The notes under the pieces: model-generated
What the model saw: only the letters and a program-made list of their open reading frames with translations
What the model was told of the DNA's origin: nothing
Databases searched by the model: none
Translations under genes and position numbers: made by a program
Origin: a virus
Virus record (IMG/VR): IMGVR_UViG_3300017956_000007
Location: 20,466 to 84,465 of that record
Length of the DNA stretch: 64,000 nt
Strand: one strand, 5' to 3'
Part shown: one piece after another, positions 38,869 to 48,009 of the stretch
Numbering within the stretch: the stretch's first letter is position 1
Layout: the number at the start of each line of letters is the position of its first letter

Positions 38869-39399
38869 ATGTTAATTGATGTCGATAATATTGAAATATT
38901 AAATGCTACATTTCCTAATTTGACCTCTAGAAATTTAATAATGGTTGATTATTCCGACATAAATGGCGAAAGAAAAAGTATGGTCATAGGTTCTGATGAT
39001 GATTCGGATTTTGGTTTAAAAGTTTTTGATAAATTTAATCTATCTACGATTGAAAACAATACAAAATTACTACACGAAGAAAACAAAAAGCAGGCTAAAA
39101 ATTTTTTACAATTTTTAGAATGGAAAGAAAGTGGATTAATTAAAACTATAGATGATGATGAAGAAAAAATAATTGAAGAAAAAATTTCAGAAATACAGCC
39201 TCAGGAAATAACTTTAGATTTTTTAGAGAATTTGGACAATGAAAATTTATTCAAATTAAAGTTGAGTATTTTTGACATCGAAGAATTTCAAGATATTGAT
39301 GATAGAGAATTGAGATCACAAGTTAGAAAATCAAAAAATTTACCAGAATTAATGCATTATTATCACATCTTTAAAATTAATCAAAATTCAAATAATTAG
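38869..39399 (+). CDS. Acidic hypothetical protein, paralogue B2 (possible chaperone)
   Basis: AAGGA Shine-Dalgarno; EWKESG..LFKLKLSIFD..ELRSQVRKSKNLPELMHYY. Confidence 0.7.
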   Translation: MLIDVDNIEILNATFPNLTSRNLIMVDYSDINGERKSMVIGSDDDSDFGLKVFDKFNLSTIENNTKLLHEENKKQAKNFLQFLEWKESGLIKTIDDDEEKIIEEKISEIQPQEITLDFLENLDNENLFKLKLSIFDIEEFQDIDDRELRSQVRKSKNLPELMHYYHIFKINQNSNN

Positions 39400-40075
39400 G
39401 GTCAAATTTATTAATAATGGTTGAATCAAATTTTGCGTTCATAAAATGAACTATTTTTATATCATCATTAAAACATCCATCTAAATACAACCAACCGGAT
39501 GGATGTTTCGTATTTAAGTAATAATACATCATTCTATCGTAAGAATCGTTTTTTAATTCAAATTTCATATCATATCTCACAAACCAACTATCTGGTAAAA
39601 ATTTTAATTTTAATTTTTTTCTAGCAAATGTTTCAACAAAAAATTGTTCACCATTAACATCCCCAGTTGTTATTTTATTTTCTAAAAAATATTTCATCCA
39701 AAAATCAGGTTTTTTCATAAATTCATCATAAATATATTTACAATCTTTTGGATAATATTTTTGAAAACCTCCATTTAAATTATACTGACCAACATCTGTA
39801 TCTTTCCACCAAGAATTGGCGGTTAAAAATTCTCCTCTTTCAATGGGATATAAAATAGCATCCATATAATTGTTTATAAAAAGCATATCAATATCAATAA
39901 CTAATACCGGGTCATCAATATTTAAATTCATTATTTTCAACTTATTCCATTGTAATTTTAACCCATCGGATTCTTCCCTGATCCAATTTACATTTGGTAT
40001 TTTAGAATTAATATAATTTTCAACATCCTGACCGTATTTTGAACCAATCCTTATTGCAAATATTTTAGGAATCAC
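39377..40075 (-). CDS. Small GT-A-like (nucleotide-diphospho-sugar transferase) protein
   Basis: IGSKYG..WNKL..LVIDID..WW..LNGG..GEQ.F..IKIVHF. Confidence 0.65.
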   Translation of the reverse strand: MIPKIFAIRIGSKYGQDVENYINSKIPNVNWIREESDGLKLQWNKLKIMNLNIDDPVLVIDIDMLFINNYMDAILYPIERGEFLTANSWWKDTDVGQYNLNGGFQKYYPKDCKYIYDEFMKKPDFWMKYFLENKITTGDVNGEQFFVETFARKKLKLKFLPDSWFVRYDMKFELKNDSYDRMMYYYLNTKHPSGWLYLDGCFNDDIKIVHFMNAKFDSTIINKFDPNYLNFD

Positions 40076-40514
40076 AAACCCATCCTACCAATGAATATCT
40101 AATACCAGATTTTAAAACATTAACTCTATGATCAAGTTTAGAATTAAAACTGACACAATCTCCTTTTAATAATTTTATAATACCAACGTTTTTTATCTCA
40201 AATTCACCTCCTGCAAATTCATCATTTAATAGAACCGTAAAACTCTCAATTCTATTAAAATTTCCATCAGTTTTAAAATCAGAATGCCAATTGTAAAATT
40301 GATTTTTAGTATATTGTGTAAATTGAAACAACATTTTTTTACGATTGAATTTTTTCTCTAATTCTAAATCATTTTTCCATATATAAACTCTAGAAATTCT
40401 AGTTGAAAAATCGAAAGAATTTTTTCCAACAGCAGCAGGAACTACTTTTTTTCGATACGTTAGAATCATATCAAAACATTCTTCATCAGTAAAAAAATTT
40501 TTAATAATTTTCAT
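40065..40514 (-). CDS. 2OG-Fe(II) oxygenase (prolyl-4-hydroxylase-like)
   Basis: IIKNFFTDEEC..YNWHSD..TVLLNDEF.GGEF..HRV..L.SG.RYSLVGW (HxD...H...R). Confidence 0.9.
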   Translation of the reverse strand: MKIIKNFFTDEECFDMILTYRKKVVPAAVGKNSFDFSTRISRVYIWKNDLELEKKFNRKKMLFQFTQYTKNQFYNWHSDFKTDGNFNRIESFTVLLNDEFAGGEFEIKNVGIIKLLKGDCVSFNSKLDHRVNVLKSGIRYSLVGWVCDS

Positions 40515-41064
40515 TTAAAATATATTCCTTTACCCATTCACATTCTCTCATATGTTCATATGATTGGTTGAAAAGACATACTGAATAATCTTTTTCATTT
40601 CTATCAAACATCCAAGACCAGCAAACTTTATCATAAGTTTCGTATTTTATTTCTTTATAAATATACTCATCAATACCTTTCCAATATTTGACTCTGCTAT
40701 AATCTTCATCTTCATAAAATTTATTATAAATATATGATTGATCACCATACCATGACATAATTGAAGAATTTAAAGGAGTGTGAGCTGGTTCACGCCACCA
40801 TGCATATAATAGTGTAAAATTATTTCTAACTAAATGTGAAATATCACCTTTAATAACAACATCTAAATCAAAATACAAATATTGTTCTTGATTTTTAAAC
40901 TCATTGAACAACTGTAACTTATCATATACCGATCCTTCACCATCAACGATACCTCTTACATCTATTAAATCACAGTTGACACAGTGATTATACAACATAT
41001 ATTTAAGATTGTCAATCCACCAAGAAGAATATTTTGTGCCTGTACACACATAAAGAATTACCAC
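40501..41064 (-). CDS. Small GT-A-like protein
   Basis: VCTGTKYS..KLQLF..LYFDLDVVI.GDI..WW..LNSSIM.W..GIDEY. Confidence 0.7.
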   Translation of the reverse strand: MVILYVCTGTKYSSWWIDNLKYMLYNHCVNCDLIDVRGIVDGEGSVYDKLQLFNEFKNQEQYLYFDLDVVIKGDISHLVRNNFTLLYAWWREPAHTPLNSSIMSWYGDQSYIYNKFYEDEDYSRVKYWKGIDEYIYKEIKYETYDKVCWSWMFDRNEKDYSVCLFNQSYEHMRECEWVKEYILNENY

Positions 41065-41687
41065 TGACCTATCACCATAAATCTAGTGTAATTGTCCATT
41101 TTTTTACTACCAGAATAAAAAACTTTTTTGATATTATTTTTTTCAATCAATTCTTCGGCAGAATTTACGCAATTTACATGTTCTACTAAATCATAATAAT
41201 CATTAGATTGTAGGACTAATATTGGGGGTTCTGGATAATCTTTGTAGTAAGGCTTCATTCTTACAACATCTTCCATATGTTCAGATGATGTATTAACAAT
41301 CAAATGTCTTCTCCTCAATTCTTTTCTCTCAAAATAATCATCGAAGACTTTTACTTTAAAATTTAGATTAAAATAATTAGTGTATTGCACTAAAATTTTT
41401 TTATTAATTTCATCCAATTCATAAAAATCCAAGCTTTCTATGTCAATTACATAATCTAACATTTCAATTAAAGGAAAACCAAACCAACCGCCAATAATTT
41501 CAACATGAACGGGATATAAAAAATCATATGAAATATTTAATTTTTCTATCAGCCATGTTTTAGATTCAAATTGACCATCAGATAATGAATCTTCTAATTT
41601 ATCAAAATAATTCGGATAATTATTTAAAACAAAATTCTTCACTTTAAAATATGGAGAATTTACGTAGTTATTAATCTTTAAGTTCAT
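41058..41687 (-). CDS. Class I SAM-dependent methyltransferase-like protein
   Basis: DSLS.GQ..SK.WL..IIGGWFG (Gly-rich motif I)..ELD..LIVNTSSEHM..LQSN.Y..HVNCV..RFMVIG. Confidence 0.7.
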   Translation of the reverse strand: MNLKINNYVNSPYFKVKNFVLNNYPNYFDKLEDSLSDGQFESKTWLIEKLNISYDFLYPVHVEIIGGWFGFPLIEMLDYVIDIESLDFYELDEINKKILVQYTNYFNLNFKVKVFDDYFERKELRRRHLIVNTSSEHMEDVVRMKPYYKDYPEPPILVLQSNDYYDLVEHVNCVNSAEELIEKNNIKKVFYSGSKKMDNYTRFMVIGQW

Positions 41688-42286
41688 AGATTATCTCCGC
41701 AAACCATATAATAATTTAATACCTTCTGATCGTATTCACGAATCATTTGCCAATTCGTTTCGTAATAAACGTTTTTTATTTTATTTTGCCTAATCAATTG
41801 TTTTGTAGAATTTATAGGATTGCAAATATGTAAACCATCATCGTTATTACCAACCAATATAAATTTTCCTTTATATACTCTACCTATAGGATAAGTATAT
41901 TCACAGTACTTTTGTAAAAAATTTCCTGTTAAATTTAATTCGTCAAAAATAACATCGCAATGAAAACTGTTTTTAGTTAATATTTCATTCGACTCATGAA
42001 CAGCATAATCAAAATCAAAAAAATTAAATTTTTGCATATCAAATTTTAATTTTTTTATATAATTCAAATCTATGTCACAAAACCAACTACACATTACATT
42101 AAAATTATCTTCAAGTAAATCAAAATTAGAGAAAATATAATCGTATATTTTTAGATTTAAATTCAAATGTGTTTTTCTATTATATCTAATTCGAATATAA
42201 TCATAATTTTTGTCCAATCTCATAGGAAAAGGAACTCCAAATGATTCATATTTATCACGCAATTTAGTATATTCATGCTTTTTCAT
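41684..42286 (-). CDS. Divergent paralogue of the adjacent methyltransferase-like protein
   Basis: VMCSWF aligns by eye to IIGGWF, and ICNPINSTKQLIRQNKIKNVYY..YMVCG to VNCVNSAEELIEKNNIKKVFY..FMVIG; glycine motif lost. Confidence 0.5.
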   Translation of the reverse strand: MKKHEYTKLRDKYESFGVPFPMRLDKNYDYIRIRYNRKTHLNLNLKIYDYIFSNFDLLEDNFNVMCSWFCDIDLNYIKKLKFDMQKFNFFDFDYAVHESNEILTKNSFHCDVIFDELNLTGNFLQKYCEYTYPIGRVYKGKFILVGNNDDGLHICNPINSTKQLIRQNKIKNVYYETNWQMIREYDQKVLNYYMVCGDNL

Positions 42287-43028
42287 ATTTCATCCATAAA
42301 TCTTTTGCCCACCCTGTTGCTTCATGTAATTCTATTTGTGTTTCGTTTTTTCTAGCCCATGCTTTATGAGATGTGTTGAATAGGCATATTTTATATTTCT
42401 CACGGTATTCTTTTGGTGATAAATCATCAGGAAATCTAGCTCCAATATTATAATTGTAAATAATACCTTTATCCCAAAGATTTATTAAATTTTTTCTGTA
42501 GAACTGATAAAAAACAAATTTATCCAAAGACGGATACATAAAAAACGCTTTTTCTTCATGTTTGACTAAAAATTCATATAAATTGTACCCAACATCATCT
42601 TGCCACGCCACAAATGAAGAATTTAAAGGTGTAGTCATAAAGGAATAATTTTTAATATGAGACATTGGATCTCTCCAATAATTCATAATAAATCTAGGCT
42701 TATCATGTTCCATATCAATTAAATTTGTGATATCACTTTGAATTAAAATATCCAAATCAAACCATGCTTTTTTGCCAGCAACATTTTTAAAATCATAAAA
42801 AAAACACATTTTTTCAGAAGTAAAAATTCTTTTTCTGGTATGTCTTAAAAATCTTGTAGGTAAAGGTAAAATTTTAATATCAGGGTCTAAAAATTCTGAA
42901 TTATCAGTTAAACAATGAAAATTAAAATTTTTTTTATAATTTATTTTTAAAGAATTAAATAATCTATTAACATATTCTGGACCATATTTTAAGCCCCATT
43001 TTAAACAATAAAAATTAGTCATTTCCAT
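42273..43028 (-). CDS. Small GT-A-like protein
   Basis: CLKWG.KYGPEYVNRL..F.F.CLTD..K...F..FDLDILI..I..LNSS...W..ICLFN. Confidence 0.75.
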   Translation of the reverse strand: MEMTNFYCLKWGLKYGPEYVNRLFNSLKINYKKNFNFHCLTDNSEFLDPDIKILPLPTRFLRHTRKRIFTSEKMCFFYDFKNVAGKKAWFDLDILIQSDITNLIDMEHDKPRFIMNYWRDPMSHIKNYSFMTTPLNSSFVAWQDDVGYNLYEFLVKHEEKAFFMYPSLDKFVFYQFYRKNLINLWDKGIIYNYNIGARFPDDLSPKEYREKYKICLFNTSHKAWARKNETQIELHEATGWAKDLWMKYEKA

Positions 43029-44053
43029 TGATCTCCATAAGCATCAAACCCATTTCCACATTTTTGTGCGCATATTTCTGCTTTCCCTTCTTTACAAGAA
43101 GATAAACTCCATGATTTTTCAATTTTTTTAAAAAAATCTCCGTCAATTATTTTTCTCAACGGAACATTTTTCGCATTAATTTTTTCCAAATCTTCAATAA
43201 AATTCCATATTTGATCTTCGCCTATTTTCTGATATGTTTTATACAATCTACCCGCAGTCCAACAACAAGGAAAAATTAAACCTTCAGCGGATATATAAAT
43301 TTCTTTATTTAAAATTGATTTACAAGATATTACAGTATTGTCTAAATAATTTTGAAAACTGCCAAATTTTGTTATCAGATCATCATAAGTATTAACACTT
43401 TTATTTTGATAATTTTGATTCGATGGAGGTTTAATATAATTTCCTTTATTCGTTTCTTTTTCTGATATTTTATTTTTTGTTTGTACCCATCTACCACTTT
43501 TTTTCTTTATAAACTGAAGACCAAATAGTTTAGCCATTCTCTCAGCATCATCGACCTGATGTTCATTGTGTTCAAAAATTAAAAAAACCCATAAACCTTT
43601 ACCTCCTGCACTCGTAAATGCGTCCATTGAATTTTCAATTCTATCCCAATCGACATTTACTCTATACAAGTGGTTCGTATCCTCTAATCCATCTACTGAA
43701 AATGTGACCTTTCCCCTATTACCGAAAATTTTCGCCAATTCTCTCCACCATTTATCGTTTCTTGCTCCTCCATTTGTTGTCATGTGTAAATATATTTTAG
43801 AATTCTCTTGACGCAAATAATCATAAATTTTCAATGTGTCTTTTGCAATGATCGGATCACCATGATTTCCGCACATTATTAAACTGTTCAATTGGTGAAC
43901 AAAATCTGAATCGACTATTTTTTTAAATGTCGTTATATCTAAATCAGCATTTTTCAAATGTTTATTATTTGTTCTGTCACACATTGGACATTCTGCTTGA
44001 CATTTTTGTGTTGGTTCTAAATGTATGTGTGTTATTTCATTTGATTTGTACAT
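43019..44053 (-). CDS. Radical SAM protein with C-terminal SPASM/twitch motif (group C)
   Basis: HLEPTQKCQAECPMC (CxxxCxxC); CGNHGDP; TNG; FSVDG; W.FLIFEHNEHQ; C-terminal C..PCCW..CAQKC. Confidence 0.92.
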   Translation of the reverse strand: MYKSNEITHIHLEPTQKCQAECPMCDRTNNKHLKNADLDITTFKKIVDSDFVHQLNSLIMCGNHGDPIIAKDTLKIYDYLRQENSKIYLHMTTNGGARNDKWWRELAKIFGNRGKVTFSVDGLEDTNHLYRVNVDWDRIENSMDAFTSAGGKGLWVFLIFEHNEHQVDDAERMAKLFGLQFIKKKSGRWVQTKNKISEKETNKGNYIKPPSNQNYQNKSVNTYDDLITKFGSFQNYLDNTVISCKSILNKEIYISAEGLIFPCCWTAGRLYKTYQKIGEDQIWNFIEDLEKINAKNVPLRKIIDGDFFKKIEKSWSLSSCKEGKAEICAQKCGNGFDAYGDQWK

Positions 44054-44253
44054 ATATCATCATCAGGAAATGAATTATATTTTGTTATATACCAAAATAT
44101 AACATTTTTATAAAATTGAACACTATCATGTTCAGATTGAAATTGTTTTATAAAACTACTAGTTGCGTTGTGCGCAGACAAAATTTTTGAGGAATATATT
44201 TGCAATTCTCGTAATGTATAATCATCTAAAAGCTTTATCAAAAAATCACTCAT
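44032..44253 (-). CDS. Small hypothetical protein
   Basis: 73 aa, overlaps both neighbours in the same orientation. Confidence 0.6.
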   Translation of the reverse strand: MSDFLIKLLDDYTLRELQIYSSKILSAHNATSSFIKQFQSEHDSVQFYKNVIFWYITKYNSFPDDDICTNQMK

Positions 44254-45079
44254 ATATAAAATCTTTTTTATTATTATTTGATTTAATTATTAAAATATCA
44301 TTATAATCTTTAAAATTTGTTTTAAATTTTGGTAAATTTTTATAATCATTATTTAATATGTTTAAAAGATACTCGAACATTTTTTCATGATTTTCAGGAG
44401 ATAGATGATTTTTTCTTAAATCCAAGTAAAGTTTTTCTCTATAATAATATTCTTGTTCTTTAAGAAGTTCTCGATAACTTAAATCAAACAAATTTACAGG
44501 AGAGAAAAAAAAATTATTATAATTCAATTTAAAAAAATTATCAAATTCTCCACTTAAATCATTAGCAAATACTATAATTTTTATATCATATAATAAAGAT
44601 ATAGAATATAAAAAAGACAAATTTTTTGAATTTTCATACAATAATTGTTTTGATATAGTCATGAAAAAAAATTCTATTTCTTTTTTATACATTTCATAAT
44701 ATTTTAATAATTTTTTTTCTTTATCATTACCTTCTGTCCAATCTGATACTATATATGTTCTATTATTGATAAAATCATATTTTATTCTAGTGGAAACATC
44801 AAACGTTAAAGATGGATGTGTAATGAATTGAATTCTGTCAAAATGTGAAAGGTGAAACAATACAATGTCACCTGCATAAATTTTATTTTCATTGAATAAA
44901 TGGTCATTAAACAAATTAAAAGAATAATGGGGTCCTGTACCAGATTGAGCATAGTTAAAAAAACAATATTTGTTTTTAAAATGGTTCTTCAATTTAACTA
45001 ACCAGGAGTATTTTACGTATTCTTCATCATGTTCACATTCTTCAAAATAACTATCACCATATATGAAAAAATTTTTCAT
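44246..45079 (-). CDS. SGNH/GDSL-like hydrolase or acyltransferase-like protein
   Basis: FIYGDSY (block I)..NYAQSGTG (block II)..NHLSPENH; AAGGTGA Shine-Dalgarno. Confidence 0.65.
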   Translation of the reverse strand: MKNFFIYGDSYFEECEHDEEYVKYSWLVKLKNHFKNKYCFFNYAQSGTGPHYSFNLFNDHLFNENKIYAGDIVLFHLSHFDRIQFITHPSLTFDVSTRIKYDFINNRTYIVSDWTEGNDKEKKLLKYYEMYKKEIEFFFMTISKQLLYENSKNLSFLYSISLLYDIKIIVFANDLSGEFDNFFKLNYNNFFFSPVNLFDLSYRELLKEQEYYYREKLYLDLRKNHLSPENHEKMFEYLLNILNNDYKNLPKFKTNFKDYNDILIIKSNNNKKDFIYE

Positions 45080-45089
45080 TCATCACCTT

Positions 45090-45118
45090 ATATTATCATT
45101 ATTTTTTCAAATTGTCAA
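45090..45118 (-). promoter_or_regulatory. Internal sigma70-type promoter with extended -10
   Basis: On the - strand: TTGACA (45118-45113), 17 nt spacer ending TGA, TAATAT (45095-45090), then the Shine-Dalgarno and ATG of the SGNH-like gene. Confidence 0.6.
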
Positions 45119-46412
45119 GTATTTCCTTTAAATCTTTACTGACATAATCACTATAGTTTTGATTCCTTGCTTGATCTAAAATTGTTATCTCATCATATAA
45201 CTTAAATTTATTTTTTTCATAAAAGTTATTCTCAATAGAGTTGTCTAAAATTTGAAAAATATTTTCACTCTCATAAAAAAAATGATTTTTTAACCCCATT
45301 TCTTTCTGTCTGATTTTTTCGAAAAAATTATAGAATTTTAAAAATTTTGATTTGATTTTTATTAAATGATTTACGGGTAAATTTCTAATGTGAATCCCTC
45401 TCTCAATTGGTCTGACTGAGGAGAAGAAAATATTACATTTTATCTTCAAATGAAACATCATAATAATCCAATCCATAAAATCAATAATGTTATCTAAATT
45501 TAATGCTGATATTACAAAATTACAATTAAAAGATTTAATATTGTTTGATTTTTTAAACCAATTGATTAAATTTTTTTCTAAAACATTAAAATTAGAATAA
45601 TGTCTAATATAATTATATGTATTATCTACTCCATCAATGCTAAACGTATGCATTTGACTTTTAAATTTATTCAATATTTGTATCATAGAATCATCTATTA
45701 AAATACCATTAGTATGAAAAACTAATCTTGTATTTTTTGAATTTCCGTCTTTGATAAATTTTTGTAACAATTTTATGACGTTATTGTCGTAAAAAGGTTC
45801 ACCTCCTGATATCTTTAAAACTTTTATTTTGTCTGTATTATCAAATATCCATTTAAACAATAAATTATTAGTAGTATTTTTTGGTAATGATTTTGAATTC
45901 ATAGAAAAATCAGAGGCATAATTAAATTTTTCCATTAAATTTAATTTTTTTATTTCATCAAGATCTTTATATAATTGATGTGATGATCCAATATTGCACA
46001 TTCGACAGGCCAGATTACACTTATTTGACAATGAAATATCAACCTCTCTCAATTCTGTACTAAAAGGCTCATCAAAATCCCATCCAGTATACATACGATG
46101 TGAAATAAAACCATTTTCCTCTAATTTCCAACAAGTTTGACATCTAGGATCTTTTATATTATTTAAAATATTATTTCTAAATTCCACAAATTTTTGATGA
46201 TTGAAAATTTGATCAGGATCTAAATTTTGCAACTCAGATTTTTCTAATATTGTATTTTGATTGGTATCGTGCATCATACAGCAAGGTGCGACCTTTGATA
46301 ATTTATCATTTTCATATAATTTAAAAACTAATGCGTAAAATGGATAATAACAAAAAGTGTTGGTTTTATCGGGGACTCTAAAAATTTTTTGAAATTCTCT
46401 CGGCTCATGCAT
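45099..46412 (-). CDS. Radical SAM protein with N-terminal twitch-like domain (group A)
   Basis: FCYYPF..PCC..CQTCW, then CNLACRMC, SGGEPF, FHTNG, FSIDG..YIR. Confidence 0.92.
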   Translation of the reverse strand: MHEPREFQKIFRVPDKTNTFCYYPFYALVFKLYENDKLSKVAPCCMMHDTNQNTILEKSELQNLDPDQIFNHQKFVEFRNNILNNIKDPRCQTCWKLEENGFISHRMYTGWDFDEPFSTELREVDISLSNKCNLACRMCNIGSSHQLYKDLDEIKKLNLMEKFNYASDFSMNSKSLPKNTTNNLLFKWIFDNTDKIKVLKISGGEPFYDNNVIKLLQKFIKDGNSKNTRLVFHTNGILIDDSMIQILNKFKSQMHTFSIDGVDNTYNYIRHYSNFNVLEKNLINWFKKSNNIKSFNCNFVISALNLDNIIDFMDWIIMMFHLKIKCNIFFSSVRPIERGIHIRNLPVNHLIKIKSKFLKFYNFFEKIRQKEMGLKNHFFYESENIFQILDNSIENNFYEKNKFKLYDEITILDQARNQNYSDYVSKDLKEILDNLKK

Positions 46413-47469
46413 TTATCACATCCTGTTTTATATTTTTTGGTATTTTGCTATCTGCTGAACTCACACATGAATTGGTTATACAGGGTATAGGTTTAGAAAA
46501 CAACTTAAATCCAGTTTCAATATTACCTAATGGAACATCAGCACAACTATAACTTCTTTTTATACTTCCATCGGGTTCTCGTATAATGATACTTTGATAT
46601 CCTGCTCTACAATTCCATCCCTTAAAATTATTGAAATTAAAAGCATTGAATCGTTCTGCTTGATCAAGATACCATTCTTTGCCGGTAGAATCTTTCATGA
46701 TTATTTCAAATTCTTGACGAATATTTTTTTCTTTTTTTGATTTAACTTCCATATTTGTAATCTGAGGCATTCCGTTATGTAGAATATTCAATTGTTCTTT
46801 TGTATATCCGTCAACAACTTTACTCGCTGTAGGATCACTCTGTGGTTTCAATGTGATATTGATACCTCGTTGATAGAAATACATAAGATCATCATAAATT
46901 TCATCAAATTTCTCTGGAACCATTACTGAATTAATGGTCACTCTTACACCATTCTGTTGACAAAATTCTAATTTATCTGCCCATTCTTGTCGTTTATTGT
47001 GACTATTAATGAATTCTCTATGAAATGATGCTGTGATGGATGATCGTGTAAAACGTTTCGTGTAATTAACATATTCCTCAAACCATTTCATTGGCCGAGA
47101 ACAATTTGAAGTCATATGATTTGAGGTATAATTAGTGTTTTCAACATCATCAGCTAAACGCTGAATAATATCAAGATATCCGGGATGAAACGTGGGTTCT
47201 CCGCCGGAAAGACTAAAATGAAAACTATTAAAACCATTTTCTCTTGCTTGTTTTTTTATTTCATCTATTGTGTCTAAACATAATGATGTAGGTCGGTGAT
47301 CTTTGGTATTGCTTCTAGCATAAGGCCAGCAGTAAGAACATCTATAATTGCAAAATCTACCTAATAACCATGATACTGTAAATAAATCACTTTCAAGCAT
47401 CTTAAAAGTTCCAACACTTTGAATATCATCCCAGGGAATTTTTGAAAAATCATAATTACTTTTAATCAT
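46405..47469 (-). CDS. Radical SAM protein (group D)
   Basis: SWLLGRFCNYRCSYC; SGGEPT; TSN; SFH.E; C-terminal N.FKGW.C.AG..C..C....C. ATG at 47469 preferred because it avoids head-on overlap with 47480. Confidence 0.9.
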   Translation of the reverse strand: MIKSNYDFSKIPWDDIQSVGTFKMLESDLFTVSWLLGRFCNYRCSYCWPYARSNTKDHRPTSLCLDTIDEIKKQARENGFNSFHFSLSGGEPTFHPGYLDIIQRLADDVENTNYTSNHMTSNCSRPMKWFEEYVNYTKRFTRSSITASFHREFINSHNKRQEWADKLEFCQQNGVRVTINSVMVPEKFDEIYDDLMYFYQRGINITLKPQSDPTASKVVDGYTKEQLNILHNGMPQITNMEVKSKKEKNIRQEFEIIMKDSTGKEWYLDQAERFNAFNFNNFKGWNCRAGYQSIIIREPDGSIKRSYSCADVPLGNIETGFKLFSKPIPCITNSCVSSADSKIPKNIKQDVINA

Positions 47470-47474
47470 AAATA
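47468..47474 (+). promoter_or_regulatory. T4-type late promoter candidate (ATAAATA) for the MTase-TctA-TctC unit
   Basis: cATAAATAcactcATG: 5 nt before the ATG at 47480, the same spacing as before gp2. Confidence 0.65.
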
Positions 47475-47479
47475 CACTC

Positions 47480-47989
47480 ATGAACAATGATTTGAAATTT
47501 TACTTTGATAAAGTATGGAAACCAAACTATAATAAATTTATTTATAGTGGTTGGAATTTAATAAAAAAAATAAATGATGATGAAACCATTTTAGACGTAG
47601 GTTGCGGTTTTAATTTATTTAAACCATATTTTAAAGATAGGTTATATGGTATTGATATAGTAAATAAATTTGCCGATGAAATAGTTTCTATTGAAGATTT
47701 TGTAACCAATAAAACCTGGAATGTAGGATTTTGTTTAGGTAGTTTAAATTTTGGAACAAATGATCAAGTGTATGAACAGGTAAAAAAAGTATGTAAATTA
47801 ACAGAAAGAATTTACTTCAGACAAAATCCTGGTGTAGCTGATCATAAATATGAAGGTGTCGAAAAAATAAAATTCTTCCCTTGGACCATTAACTTAAATT
47901 ATGAATGGGCTGAAAAAAATAATTTTACAGTAAAGGAAATAAAATGGGATAAAGGTAATAGAATTTATTCCGAGTGGATTAAAAATTAA
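47480..47989 (+). CDS. Class I SAM-dependent methyltransferase
   Basis: ILDVGCG.N..YGID..FCLGSLNFG..RQNPG. Confidence 0.85.
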   Translation: MNNDLKFYFDKVWKPNYNKFIYSGWNLIKKINDDETILDVGCGFNLFKPYFKDRLYGIDIVNKFADEIVSIEDFVTNKTWNVGFCLGSLNFGTNDQVYEQVKKVCKLTERIYFRQNPGVADHKYEGVEKIKFFPWTINLNYEWAEKNNFTVKEIKWDKGNRIYSEWIKN

Positions 47990-48009
47990 CAGAAGATAAG
48001 AATTTAATT

